64,000 nucleotides of DNA from assembly GCA_029261035.1 (NCBI GenBank), contig JAJDCD010000022.1:16063-80062 (forward strand). Direction: 5' to 3'. The notes beneath the pieces were generated by a model. It was not told where the DNA came from and did no database searches. It saw only the letters and a program-made list of their open reading frames with translations. The position numbers and the translations under genes were made by a program. This document shows, in pieces, positions 19,314 through 28,490 of the stretch. Every line of letters begins with the position of its first letter. Within the stretch, counting starts at the first letter, position 1. Origin of the DNA: Candidatus Omnitrophota bacterium. Lineage in GTDB: Bacteria > Omnitrophota > Omnitrophia > Omnitrophales > JACROU01.

Positions 19314-19841
19314 ATGAGCGAAAAAAATGATTATATACAACTAGCAAAGCTTTTGGATTATCCAGATAAAAATTATATCAGTCAGCTAAGAACCATCATT
19401 AATTACTTTCAAGAAAAAAGCCCCGCAACTTCTCGTTTCTTAGAGGACTTTTTATCTCAACTTCTAGATCTGTCTTTGGAGCAAATACAAGAGATACAGA
19501 CAGCAACTTTTGATGTCAATCCTATCTGTGTGCCTTATGTGAGTGTGCATTTGTTTGGAGAAGAAAGTTTTAAGCGTTCTCAGCTTATGGCGGGTTTGGC
19601 GATGGCATATGCAGATGAGGAGTTTGATTCAGGTAAAGAATTAGCAGATCATTTAAGAAATATTCTTAATTTTGCACCTTACTTTAAAGCCGAAGAATGG
19701 GATGAGCTTGTTAGTTTTGTTTTGTTGGATTCAGTTGAAAAGATGCAAGGTAAACTAAAACAGCCGGATCATGTTTTCTTACCCTTATTGAATGCAATTT
19801 TAGAAAGACTGCGTCAAGATTCGCTTATAGGAGTTCTTTAA
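19314..19841 (+). CDS. narJ: nitrate reductase assembly chaperone NarJ
   Basis: 175 aa in the NarJ/TorD family, in its canonical position. Confidence 0.85.
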   Translation: MSEKNDYIQLAKLLDYPDKNYISQLRTIINYFQEKSPATSRFLEDFLSQLLDLSLEQIQEIQTATFDVNPICVPYVSVHLFGEESFKRSQLMAGLAMAYADEEFDSGKELADHLRNILNFAPYFKAEEWDELVSFVLLDSVEKMQGKLKQPDHVFLPLLNAILERLRQDSLIGVL

Positions 19842-21154
19842 TGATGAACCAAATGTTTTTTGTGGGATTGCCTTATTTAGCTTTATTTCTTTTAGTGGCA
19901 GGCTCTATCCTCCGATATGTGTGGAATCCTTTTAGTTATTCTGCGTTGTCGTCTCAGTTTTTAGAGAAAAATGCATTGTTGTGGGGGACGCTTTCTTGGC
20001 ATATAGGAATTTTAATTATTTTGCTTGGTCATCTTCCAGCATTCTTAGTACCCGAACTATGGAAAAGTTTAACTTCCAATTTTGTATTTCTTCTAACAGT
20101 AGAAACTGTGGGAGTGATGGCTTCCATTCTTTGTATTGCAGGACTTATTATTTTAATTGTTAGAAGAGTTGTTTCTGGAAAATTACAGCAAGTAACGACG
20201 GTTATTGATATTCTCTTACTCGTACTTATTTTGTTACAAGTGGTCATTGGTCTTTCGATGGCTCTGATGCATCGGTGGGGAGCTGTATGGTCTACAGGAA
20301 CAACAACACCCTATCTTTGGAGTATTCTTACCTTTCGTCCTGACATTTCTTATATAGAAGAAATGCCTCTTTTAGTTCAAGCTCATATTGTGATGGCCTG
20401 GATTATATTAATGCTCGTTCCTTTCTCAAGATTGGTTCACATATTTTCATTCCCTTTCCAATATTTCTTTCGTCCTCCCCAAAAGGTGGTTTGGGTCAGC
20501 GAGAGGAGGAAAGAACATGATGATTCACTTGTGGTGGTTCAAGAGAGTCGTAGAGACTTTGTTAAAGGGGCTTTGGGATTGTCTGTGGCTGGAGCTTTAT
20601 TGTCCGTAGGGGTTTTGGATAAATTGGCAGGTTTCTTTTATAAACCAGAAGTTTCTGTTGAAGAAGAAAGTAAACTGTTAGAGCAAAAACTAAAACGATT
20701 AGAACAAACAGCAGAAGAACGCACTTATCAGTTAGAAAGAATGAAGAAAGAGTTTATTTACGTATCGCGTCTAAATCAACTGGACATAGAAAAAGGGAAA
20801 TATTTTATTGATTACTTAATGCGTCCTGCTTTAGCGTTTTTGGGTAAGGATGGGCTTCCTATTCTCATATCTGCAAAATGCACCCATTTAGGATGTACCG
20901 TGGGGAGTGAGTTAGATAATCAAGGACGCATATTGTGCCCTTGCCATGTTTCTTATTTTAATATTAATACAGGGATGCCTAATCAAGGGGCTCCAGCTTT
21001 AGATCCTTTGCCTCATTTAGGCTGGGTGATCATGAATGCGAATAACGAGATTATTCTGGAGCAAGATCCATCCGGAAAGAGATATGGAAATGTGAATGTC
21101 AGTAGTATAGACAAAAGCAATCGTGTGTTTATAGCTAAGAAACATAAGGAGTAA
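19841..21154 (+). CDS. narI: NarI (gamma subunit, dihaem b) fused to a C-terminal Tat-anchor-like TM + Rieske [2Fe-2S] domain
   Basis: Residues 1-210 are NarI with His56/66/187/205 at E. coli-equivalent positions. SRRDFVKGALGLSVAGALL is a Rieske-type RR anchor. CTHLGC…CPCHVS are the Rieske boxes. Confidence 0.85.
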   Translation: MMNQMFFVGLPYLALFLLVAGSILRYVWNPFSYSALSSQFLEKNALLWGTLSWHIGILIILLGHLPAFLVPELWKSLTSNFVFLLTVETVGVMASILCIAGLIILIVRRVVSGKLQQVTTVIDILLLVLILLQVVIGLSMALMHRWGAVWSTGTTTPYLWSILTFRPDISYIEEMPLLVQAHIVMAWIILMLVPFSRLVHIFSFPFQYFFRPPQKVVWVSERRKEHDDSLVVVQESRRDFVKGALGLSVAGALLSVGVLDKLAGFFYKPEVSVEEESKLLEQKLKRLEQTAEERTYQLERMKKEFIYVSRLNQLDIEKGKYFIDYLMRPALAFLGKDGLPILISAKCTHLGCTVGSELDNQGRILCPCHVSYFNINTGMPNQGAPALDPLPHLGWVIMNANNEIILEQDPSGKRYGNVNVSSIDKSNRVFIAKKHKE

Positions 21155-21157
21155 TCT

Positions 21158-22264
21158 GTGGCTAAGCAAAGTCGTTTAAAGTATGTAATTGATGCCTTGT
21201 CTGAAAGGCTGCCTATGGAGAAATTAAGCTTTGAATCTATGGTGCAGAAGAAAGAGGTTCCTCTGCATAAAATGAGCTGGGCTTACTATATGGGTGGGTT
21301 GGCGCTCTTTTTCTTTTTGACACAGTTGATTACAGGGGTGATGTTGTTGTTTTACTATGAACCTACGGTTAGTGATGCGCATGCTTCTGTAGAGTATATT
21401 ACGCAACATGTGGTTTGGGGTGATTTGATTCGAAATTTACATACTTGGTCCTCTAGTCTTATGATTCTTTGTGTGATGGTCCATTTGTTAACAACATTTG
21501 CGATGAAGGCATTTGAAGCTCCTCGCGAGTTAACTTGGCTTACCGGTGTTGGCCTTTTAATTATTACTTTTATGTTTGGTTTCACTGGGTATTTACTTCC
21601 TTGGCATCAAATTGCAGTCAATGCGACTAAGGTGGGGTTGCAATCTATTGAATATTTAGGCAATTATCTACCCGGGTTTTTGGCAGAGTGGCCTACGATG
21701 ATTAAAGAGATTATTCAGGGAGGCCCTACTGTAGGACAGGCTACTTTAAGCCGTTTTTATGCGCTTCATGTTGTGATTTTACCTTTATGTTTATTTGGTT
21801 TGTTGGGTCTTCATTTGCTTTCAGTTCAACTTCACGGAATGAGCCAGGGGATTGATAAGCCTTCAAAAAAACAAGAACGCTTTTTTCCATTTTTTGTACT
21901 CAAAGATTTTTCTCTTTGGGGGATTGTGTTTTTAATTACCTTTATTTTGGCTCTCTGTCTTCCGTTTGAATCATTTTTTTCTTTTCCTCTATTTGAACCT
22001 TATGACCCACTGGGATCAACGCCTGATGGAATTAAGCCAGAGTGGTATTTCTTATTTCTTTTTTATCCTCTAGAACTCCTTCCTTTTTGGGTTGTTCTTT
22101 TGGGGTTGATGATTGTGATGGGTGTCTTAACATTTACACCCTGGATTTTCAAAAGTACTTCCAGAAAGATATTAACAATTATTTCACTGTTGTCAGCAGC
22201 ATACCTCATTATTATGACTTTGTTTGGAGGCATAATTTATGAATGGGTTAAAGGGGGACACTGA
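21158..22264 (+). CDS. cytochrome b of bc1/b6f-type complex (full length, PEWY Qo motif)
   Basis: GTG start. Conserved b-haem His residues and …IKPEWYFLFLFYP…. Confidence 0.88.
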   Translation: MAKQSRLKYVIDALSERLPMEKLSFESMVQKKEVPLHKMSWAYYMGGLALFFFLTQLITGVMLLFYYEPTVSDAHASVEYITQHVVWGDLIRNLHTWSSSLMILCVMVHLLTTFAMKAFEAPRELTWLTGVGLLIITFMFGFTGYLLPWHQIAVNATKVGLQSIEYLGNYLPGFLAEWPTMIKEIIQGGPTVGQATLSRFYALHVVILPLCLFGLLGLHLLSVQLHGMSQGIDKPSKKQERFFPFFVLKDFSLWGIVFLITFILALCLPFESFFSFPLFEPYDPLGSTPDGIKPEWYFLFLFYPLELLPFWVVLLGLMIVMGVLTFTPWIFKSTSRKILTIISLLSAAYLIIMTLFGGIIYEWVKGGH

Positions 22265-22266
22265 TA

Positions 22267-22905
22267 ATGAGATGGATTAAGGTTTTATCATTAGTAAGTT
22301 TTCTATTAGGAATCTCTTTTTTATTCCAAGACAACCTTTGTGCTTACCCTGAGTTTCAAGAGTTCTCACAGAAAAATTCAGGACGTTATGTTAACTGTGC
22401 TCTTTGTCATGCCCATCCTGATGGTCCTGAGGGAATTAAGCCAGGGCAGGTAGGTAGTTTGGATGAGGAGGAAAGGCAGTTGTTGAATCAGGCACGAGCA
22501 GCCGTTCAGCCTGGATTTGAAGTTAATAGCCCCATTCTAAATGAGTTTGGCAATGACATTATGAAGCAATTAGGAAAGAAAGAATTTTTATTGTACCGCA
22601 AGTTTCCAGAACGTTTATCTGAAGTGTTAGATCCAAATAGCGATTTAGATAACGATGGAATTTCAGATAGGCAAGAATATTTAGATGGAACTCATCCTTT
22701 AAATAATCAACACGGAAATCCATGGAAGTTATTTAACCATCGATTTTGGAATAATCGTTTTGATATTTTAATTATTGTTTTAGCCACTTTTTTTGGGCTT
22801 TATGGTTTTAAGCATTTGCTTCATTGGCTACATTTTAAGACATCCTCTTTTAATAAGGATGAGGATGAAAGCGAAGATGAGGACAAGGATTCTTATTCCA
22901 TATAA
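22267..22905 (+). CDS. membrane-anchored monohaem cytochrome c (c1-like partner)
   Basis: Signal peptide, CALCHAH, C-terminal TM helix and acidic tail. Confidence 0.75.
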   Translation: MRWIKVLSLVSFLLGISFLFQDNLCAYPEFQEFSQKNSGRYVNCALCHAHPDGPEGIKPGQVGSLDEEERQLLNQARAAVQPGFEVNSPILNEFGNDIMKQLGKKEFLLYRKFPERLSEVLDPNSDLDNDGISDRQEYLDGTHPLNNQHGNPWKLFNHRFWNNRFDILIIVLATFFGLYGFKHLLHWLHFKTSSFNKDEDESEDEDKDSYSI

Positions 22906-22917
22906 GGAGTTATCGTC

Positions 22918-24405
22918 ATGCAAACACAAGCAACTTTTGATTCCCACAAGGCACTTTTTTTAAATACGTTTGCTTTTACTGTGTGTTTTGCCGTTTGGAT
23001 GTTAAACGGGGTGCTCGTAACCTTTTTAGTAGCAAATCAGGTCTTTGACTGGGGTCCTGTTGAAATAGGTTGGTTGTTGGGGATTCCTGTCTTAACGGGT
23101 TCTCTTTTTCGTTTGCCTGCAGGTATGCTTACGGATAAGTTTGGAGGCAAGCCCATTTATGGAGCTTTGCTTTTAATATGCGCTGTACCTATGTACTTAT
23201 TATCGTACGCTAATGATTTTACCAGTTTTGCTTTATGCAGTTTTGGATTTGGATTAGCAGGGGTTAGTTTTTCTATTGGAATTGCGTTTTCTTCTGTTTG
23301 GTATCCTAAAAATATTCAAGGAACAGTACTCGGCATTTTTGGTGCAGGAAATGCTGGAGCAGCGCTCACAACATTGTTTGCTCCTACCATCTTAAATAAA
23401 TTAACACAAAATGGAATCAATATAGAAGGTTGGAGAATGTTACCAAAGTATTATGCTTTGGTATTGATTGCCACTGCTATTGTGTTTTTTATCTTTTCTA
23501 AAAACAAAAAACCTGCTTCGAGTGGCTTGGGTTGGATTGAGATGTTGAAGCCATTAAAAAATATTCGAGTATGGCGATTTGGGCTTTATTACTTTTTGGT
23601 GTTTGGGTGTTTTGTGGCTTTTTCTCAATGGCTAGTACCTTATTTTGTAAATGTTTATTACTTACCTTTAGTTACAGCAGGAATCTTTGCTTCGCTATTT
23701 AGTTTGCCTTCAGGTGTTATTCGAGCTTTAGGAGGGTGGATGTCGGATAAGTTTGGAGCAAGGAAAGTGATGTATTGGATCCTAGCATCTTCAACCATTA
23801 TTTGCTTCTTGTTAATTGTTCCCAAAATGGATATTTACTCCCCAGGGCAGGGGATTATGGCTAAAAGAGCGGGAGAGGTTGTTGGGGTGACTGATGGTGC
23901 AATTAAAGTAGATACTAAGACTTACACCATGGTTAAAGCCCAGAATAAATTTGATGATTTGGATGATCAAGTTTTGGTATTTCCTTCAAAAGAAGTGTGG
24001 CAAGAAGCAGTTGTTGAGGTGGGTCAAAAAGTAAAACGAAAAGAGTTGTTAGCAAAAGGAATAACCCGAATTCATTTTCAGGCGAATGTATGGATTTTTA
24101 CCGTTCTGGTTATTGCATTAGGGGCTATCTGGGGGATTGGAAAAGCAGCCGTTTATAAACATATTCCTGATTATTTTCCTAACGAAGTGGGTGTTGTCGG
24201 AGGGATGGTCGGAGTTCTTGGCGGGTTAGGCGGGTTTTTCTGCCCGATTATTTTTGGTTATTTGCTAAAAGGAACAGGGCTTTGGACGAGTTGTTGGATT
24301 TTTATGTTCTTTTTATCTTTTCTCTGTCTGTGGTGGATGCATCATGTCATTAGTCATATGTTGAGAAAGAAACAACCCGAATTAGAACATCGAATTGACC
24401 ATTAA
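22918..24405 (+). CDS. narK: MFS nitrate/nitrite transporter NarK1
   Basis: 12-TM MFS in the NNP family, with a long central loop. Confidence 0.85.
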   Translation: MQTQATFDSHKALFLNTFAFTVCFAVWMLNGVLVTFLVANQVFDWGPVEIGWLLGIPVLTGSLFRLPAGMLTDKFGGKPIYGALLLICAVPMYLLSYANDFTSFALCSFGFGLAGVSFSIGIAFSSVWYPKNIQGTVLGIFGAGNAGAALTTLFAPTILNKLTQNGINIEGWRMLPKYYALVLIATAIVFFIFSKNKKPASSGLGWIEMLKPLKNIRVWRFGLYYFLVFGCFVAFSQWLVPYFVNVYYLPLVTAGIFASLFSLPSGVIRALGGWMSDKFGARKVMYWILASSTIICFLLIVPKMDIYSPGQGIMAKRAGEVVGVTDGAIKVDTKTYTMVKAQNKFDDLDDQVLVFPSKEVWQEAVVEVGQKVKRKELLAKGITRIHFQANVWIFTVLVIALGAIWGIGKAAVYKHIPDYFPNEVGVVGGMVGVLGGLGGFFCPIIFGYLLKGTGLWTSCWIFMFFLSFLCLWWMHHVISHMLRKKQPELEHRIDH

Positions 24406-24432
24406 CAACGAGTAAAGTTTAAGGAGTGGAAG

Positions 24433-26028
24433 ATGTCAAAAATTAATATTCCCGATTGGGATGTCGAAAATAATGAGTTTTGGAATAATAAGGGTAAAAA
24501 ACTTGCTTCTAAGAACCTTTGGCTTTCTATTCCTGCATTGCTACTGGCTTTTTCTGTCTGGTTGATGTGGGGGATGGTTATTGTTCAGATGAAAAAGCTG
24601 GGATTTAACTTAGGGCTTCCTGCGGAAACTCCGGAGCATTTAAGGCGAATTAACGAACTTTTATGGACGCTTCCTGCGATTGCAGGTTTGTCTGGAGCAA
24701 CATTGAGGATTCCCAATTCTTTTTTAATTGCTGTTGGGGGTGGACGTAATGTTATTTTCTTAACGACAGCACTTCTTCTAATTCCAACAGTGGCTGCAGG
24801 GGTAGCGTTACAGGATGTGAATACGCCTTTTTTCATTTTTGCTTTATTAGCGGCCTTATCCGGGTTTGGGGGAGGTAACTTTGCTTCTTCCATGTCTAAC
24901 ATTAGTTTTTTCTTTCCTAAAAGAGTCCAGGGAACTTCATTGGGTTTGAATGCAGGTCTTGGTAATTTAGGTGTGAGTGTTATGCAGTTTGTGATTCCTA
25001 TTGTTATTGCAGGAGGAGTCTTTGGAGCTGTGGCAGGTGGAGGTTTACCCTTAGTGGAGGTGGATGGCTCTAAAGCTGTGGGAACTTTGGTGTATATTCA
25101 GAACGCGGCATGGGTTTGGGTGCCTCTCTTAATCATTTCTGTTATCGCTGCTTTCTTCGGTATGAACAATTTGAAGTTTGCAACCCCTGCATTAGGTAAT
25201 TATTTTTTAGAGTTTAGTAAAATTATATTATTGATTTTTTTCGGAGTAGTCGCTGCTGGTTTTGGAGGTTGGTTACTAATTGGTTTAAAATTGAATATGT
25301 GGCTTGTGTTGCCCATTACAATTTTGATAACCGTTCTCTTGATGAAATTCTTATCTCCTGGGGAGTTGAAGGAAAATTTAAATAGGCAGTTTTCAATCTT
25401 TAAAAGTAAGCATAACTGGATTATGACGATTATCTATACGATGACTTTTGGCTCTTTTATTGGATACTCTGCTTCTTTCCCAAAATTAATTCAGGATGTG
25501 TTTGGATACCTACCCGATGGAGGGGTGAACCCAAATGCGCCAAACCCTATGACATGGGCTTTTTTAGGCCCCATGTTAGGCGCTTTAATTAGACCCTTAG
25601 GGGGATGGCTTTCTGATAAAGTCAATAGTGGGTCTAAAGTGACGACATGGAGTACGATTGCTCAGGTAGGTGCGGCGCTTGGAGTTGCTTACTTTATAGT
25701 TCAGGCAAAAGGGGTTGAAACTCCTGAAACTTATTGGTGGCCATTTTTTGTACTATTTATGATTTTATTCATTGCTACGGGCGTTGGAAATGGATCTACG
25801 TTTAGAAGTATTCCATATATTTTTAGTAAAGAGCAAGCGGGCCCTGTACTAGGATGGACCTCAGCCATTGCTGCTTATGGGGCATTTATTATTCCCAAAG
25901 TTTTTGGACAACAAATTAAAGCGGGCCATGCGGAATATGCGCTTTATGGATTTACGGCTTATTATTTGATTTGCTTGCTCCTGAATTGGTATTACTATGA
26001 CCGAAAAAATTCGCTCATTAAATGTTAG
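24433..26028 (+). CDS. narK: MFS nitrate/nitrite transporter NarK2
   Basis: Second NNP-family MFS paralogue in tandem. Confidence 0.85.
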   Translation: MSKINIPDWDVENNEFWNNKGKKLASKNLWLSIPALLLAFSVWLMWGMVIVQMKKLGFNLGLPAETPEHLRRINELLWTLPAIAGLSGATLRIPNSFLIAVGGGRNVIFLTTALLLIPTVAAGVALQDVNTPFFIFALLAALSGFGGGNFASSMSNISFFFPKRVQGTSLGLNAGLGNLGVSVMQFVIPIVIAGGVFGAVAGGGLPLVEVDGSKAVGTLVYIQNAAWVWVPLLIISVIAAFFGMNNLKFATPALGNYFLEFSKIILLIFFGVVAAGFGGWLLIGLKLNMWLVLPITILITVLLMKFLSPGELKENLNRQFSIFKSKHNWIMTIIYTMTFGSFIGYSASFPKLIQDVFGYLPDGGVNPNAPNPMTWAFLGPMLGALIRPLGGWLSDKVNSGSKVTTWSTIAQVGAALGVAYFIVQAKGVETPETYWWPFFVLFMILFIATGVGNGSTFRSIPYIFSKEQAGPVLGWTSAIAAYGAFIIPKVFGQQIKAGHAEYALYGFTAYYLICLLLNWYYYDRKNSLIKC

Positions 26029-26037
26029 TTTTGTGAT
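26022..26037. promoter_or_regulatory. CRP-type box TGTGA-TTTGAA-TCACt upstream of radical-SAM gene
   Basis: 9/10 half-site match. ATAATT at 26059 gives a −41.5 centre. Confidence 0.5.
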
Positions 26038-26136
26038 TTGAATCACTGTTTTATTGTACGGCACATGATAATTTAAACTCGTGATCGATTAATTTTTTAT
26101 TAATAAACCAAAGTCTATTAGCGAGTTTAAATTATT

Positions 26137-26904
26137 ATGCCGATTCCACTACAACCCTCAGTCGTTTATGGCCCTATATACTCTCGACGGTTAAATACAT
26201 CCCTAGGGATTAACATTCTGCCAACTGATAGAAAATACTGTTTTTCTAATTGCTTATATTGTCAATATGGCTTTACGGACTTTCTCTCTTTGTCTCAGAG
26301 AAAGCTCAGTTCGATCGATTTTCTAATTAAAAGAATAGAACAAGGCTTTGAAGAACATAAGAAAAAAGGGCTGAAGCCTCATTCCATAACGTTTAGCGGG
26401 AATGGAGAACCTACGGTTCATCCAGAACTTTTCTTTATAGTAAAAGAAGTTAAGAATTTAAGAGATATTTATTTTCCACAAACTCCCATTTCAATTCTCT
26501 CTGATTCTTCAAGGGTTCACTTTAAGAGTGTTCAAAAAGCTCTATCTCAATTTGATTTATGTTATATGAAGCTGGATTCAGGAGATGATGAAATGATGAA
26601 GGTTATTAATGATTCTCGATTTCAGGTTCCTTGGAATAAGAAACTAACGGGTTTGAAAGAAATTTCGAACCTAGCTATTCAAAGTATGTTTTTTTCTACT
26701 CCAGTTAATAATGCTTCTGAAGAGCAGGTAGAGCTTTGGCTTAACAAATTAGAGCAAGTAGCACCAAGCGAAGCTCATTTATACACGATTGACCGTTCTC
26801 CAGCGCATGAGAAAGCAACAGCTGTAAGCAAACAAACGCTTAACAAAATAGCTAAATCAGTAAAGAAAAGAATGGGTGGGGTAGATGTGAAGGTATTTAA
26901 ATAG
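26137..26904 (+). CDS. small radical-SAM protein (CxxxCxxC), function unknown
   Basis: CFSNCLYCQYG motif near the N-terminus, 255 aa. Confidence 0.7.
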   Translation: MPIPLQPSVVYGPIYSRRLNTSLGINILPTDRKYCFSNCLYCQYGFTDFLSLSQRKLSSIDFLIKRIEQGFEEHKKKGLKPHSITFSGNGEPTVHPELFFIVKEVKNLRDIYFPQTPISILSDSSRVHFKSVQKALSQFDLCYMKLDSGDDEMMKVINDSRFQVPWNKKLTGLKEISNLAIQSMFFSTPVNNASEEQVELWLNKLEQVAPSEAHLYTIDRSPAHEKATAVSKQTLNKIAKSVKKRMGGVDVKVFK

Positions 26905-26949
26905 AGCATTAAAATCTTAGGGTTGTAATTTATATAAGGTGGTGATGGC

Positions 26950-28383
26950 ATGAAGATAATATATGTACTTTTAATTGTTGTTATGGGAGTGACAACAAAT
27001 TTATATGCAGAGAATGTAAAAGAACAATTTGCTGTTGATTCTGGAGTTGCCCAACAAGAGAGCGTTGCAAGGTTGCTCGATCGTTCTCTTCAATCGGTTG
27101 ATGATTCTGTAGGAGTTTTGGCAAAACCTTTGGATGTTCTTTTTCAGCCCATTTCCATTTGGGATGAAAATATTACTTTTCAATTAAGTGGCCAATATCG
27201 GTATCGTTTGGAGTTGAGAGATGATTTTAATTTTAATGATGCTCGATTTGAAGATGATGATATTCATTTAATGAGGACTCGTTTAAATGGAAAACTTCAA
27301 ATAGGCCCTTATTTGAAAATTTTTGCACAAGCTCAAGATGCAGAGAGTTTTGCAGGTCGCCAGGCTCATAAATCAAGAGCATTTGTAAACCGATTGGATT
27401 TGAGACAACTTTATGGAGAAGTCATTAGTCCATGGGAAGATATTCCTGTGAGTGTCAAAGTGGGACGTCAGGAGTTGTCTTATGGGGATCAGCGGTTTGT
27501 GGGAGCTTTTAATTGGTCTAATGTTGCAAGGGTATTTGATGCGGTTAAAGTGACAGTGACCCCTGTTTCTTGGTTTAACTTTGATATTTTTCTAAGCCAA
27601 GTTGTTCAAGTTAATCGCAGTCAGCCGGACTCTTCAAATCATAATGATAATTTTTATGGTATTTATAGCACGTTAAAACCATTCCAAGAACACCTGATCG
27701 ACACATTCTTGTTTATACGCCACAATCAGAATCGTGGAATTGTGGGGGAAGTTCCGGGAAGGTTAGGACAGTTAAAAGAGTATACGTTTGGCAACCGTTT
27801 TAAGGGTAAAAAATGGAATTTTGATTATGGATTGGAGTGGGCGTTGCAATTAGGTTCTCGAGCACATGATGAGATTAATGCGTGGGCTTTACACGTCGAA
27901 GCTGGATATACGTTTAAAGATTGCCCTTGGTCCCCGCGATTGTCTTTTGAGTATAACCATGGGTCCGGAGACAGCGATCCTACAGATGGAAAAAATGAGA
28001 ATTTTGATAATTTATTTCCTACAAACCACATGCACTATGGTTATATGGACTTTGCTAGTTTGAGAAATATTGAAAATATCAAACTAGCATTTGATTTAAA
28101 GCCACATAAAAAAATCAAACTAACAACAGCATATCATTGGTTTTTCTTGGATACGACAAACAGTGCTTGGTTTAATGCGGGGCAGGGAGTTATTCGACCT
28201 CGTTCTCCAGGGGCAAGTAACACGATTGGACAAGAGTTAGATCTGACACTTAAGTGGAATATGAACGAACATCTTAATTTATTTGTAGGTTACTCGCATT
28301 TTAATGCAGGCGCTTTTATTAAAGATACAGGAGCAAGTGATAATGCGAATTTCTTCTATGTGCAGTCGACTATTAATTTCTAA
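26950..28383 (+). CDS. outer-membrane β-barrel protein / putative porin
   Basis: Signal peptide, alternating amphipathic β-strands and C-terminal …YVQSTINF (terminal Phe). Confidence 0.65.
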   Translation: MKIIYVLLIVVMGVTTNLYAENVKEQFAVDSGVAQQESVARLLDRSLQSVDDSVGVLAKPLDVLFQPISIWDENITFQLSGQYRYRLELRDDFNFNDARFEDDDIHLMRTRLNGKLQIGPYLKIFAQAQDAESFAGRQAHKSRAFVNRLDLRQLYGEVISPWEDIPVSVKVGRQELSYGDQRFVGAFNWSNVARVFDAVKVTVTPVSWFNFDIFLSQVVQVNRSQPDSSNHNDNFYGIYSTLKPFQEHLIDTFLFIRHNQNRGIVGEVPGRLGQLKEYTFGNRFKGKKWNFDYGLEWALQLGSRAHDEINAWALHVEAGYTFKDCPWSPRLSFEYNHGSGDSDPTDGKNENFDNLFPTNHMHYGYMDFASLRNIENIKLAFDLKPHKKIKLTTAYHWFFLDTTNSAWFNAGQGVIRPRSPGASNTIGQELDLTLKWNMNEHLNLFVGYSHFNAGAFIKDTGASDNANFFYVQSTINF

Positions 28384-28430
28384 ATAAACAAGCAGCTAAA
28401 CTTGGTTTTCTCTGCTTGTCCCGCCAAAAG

Positions 28431-28459
28431 GGCATGGTTTGGGTACTATGCCCTTTTTT
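28431..28459 (+). terminator. rho-independent terminator after porin gene
   Basis: GGGCATggtttgggtactATGCCC followed by TTTTTTA. Confidence 0.7.
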
Positions 28460-28490
28460 ACCTTAATGAGGCTCTATATCTAGGGGGATC

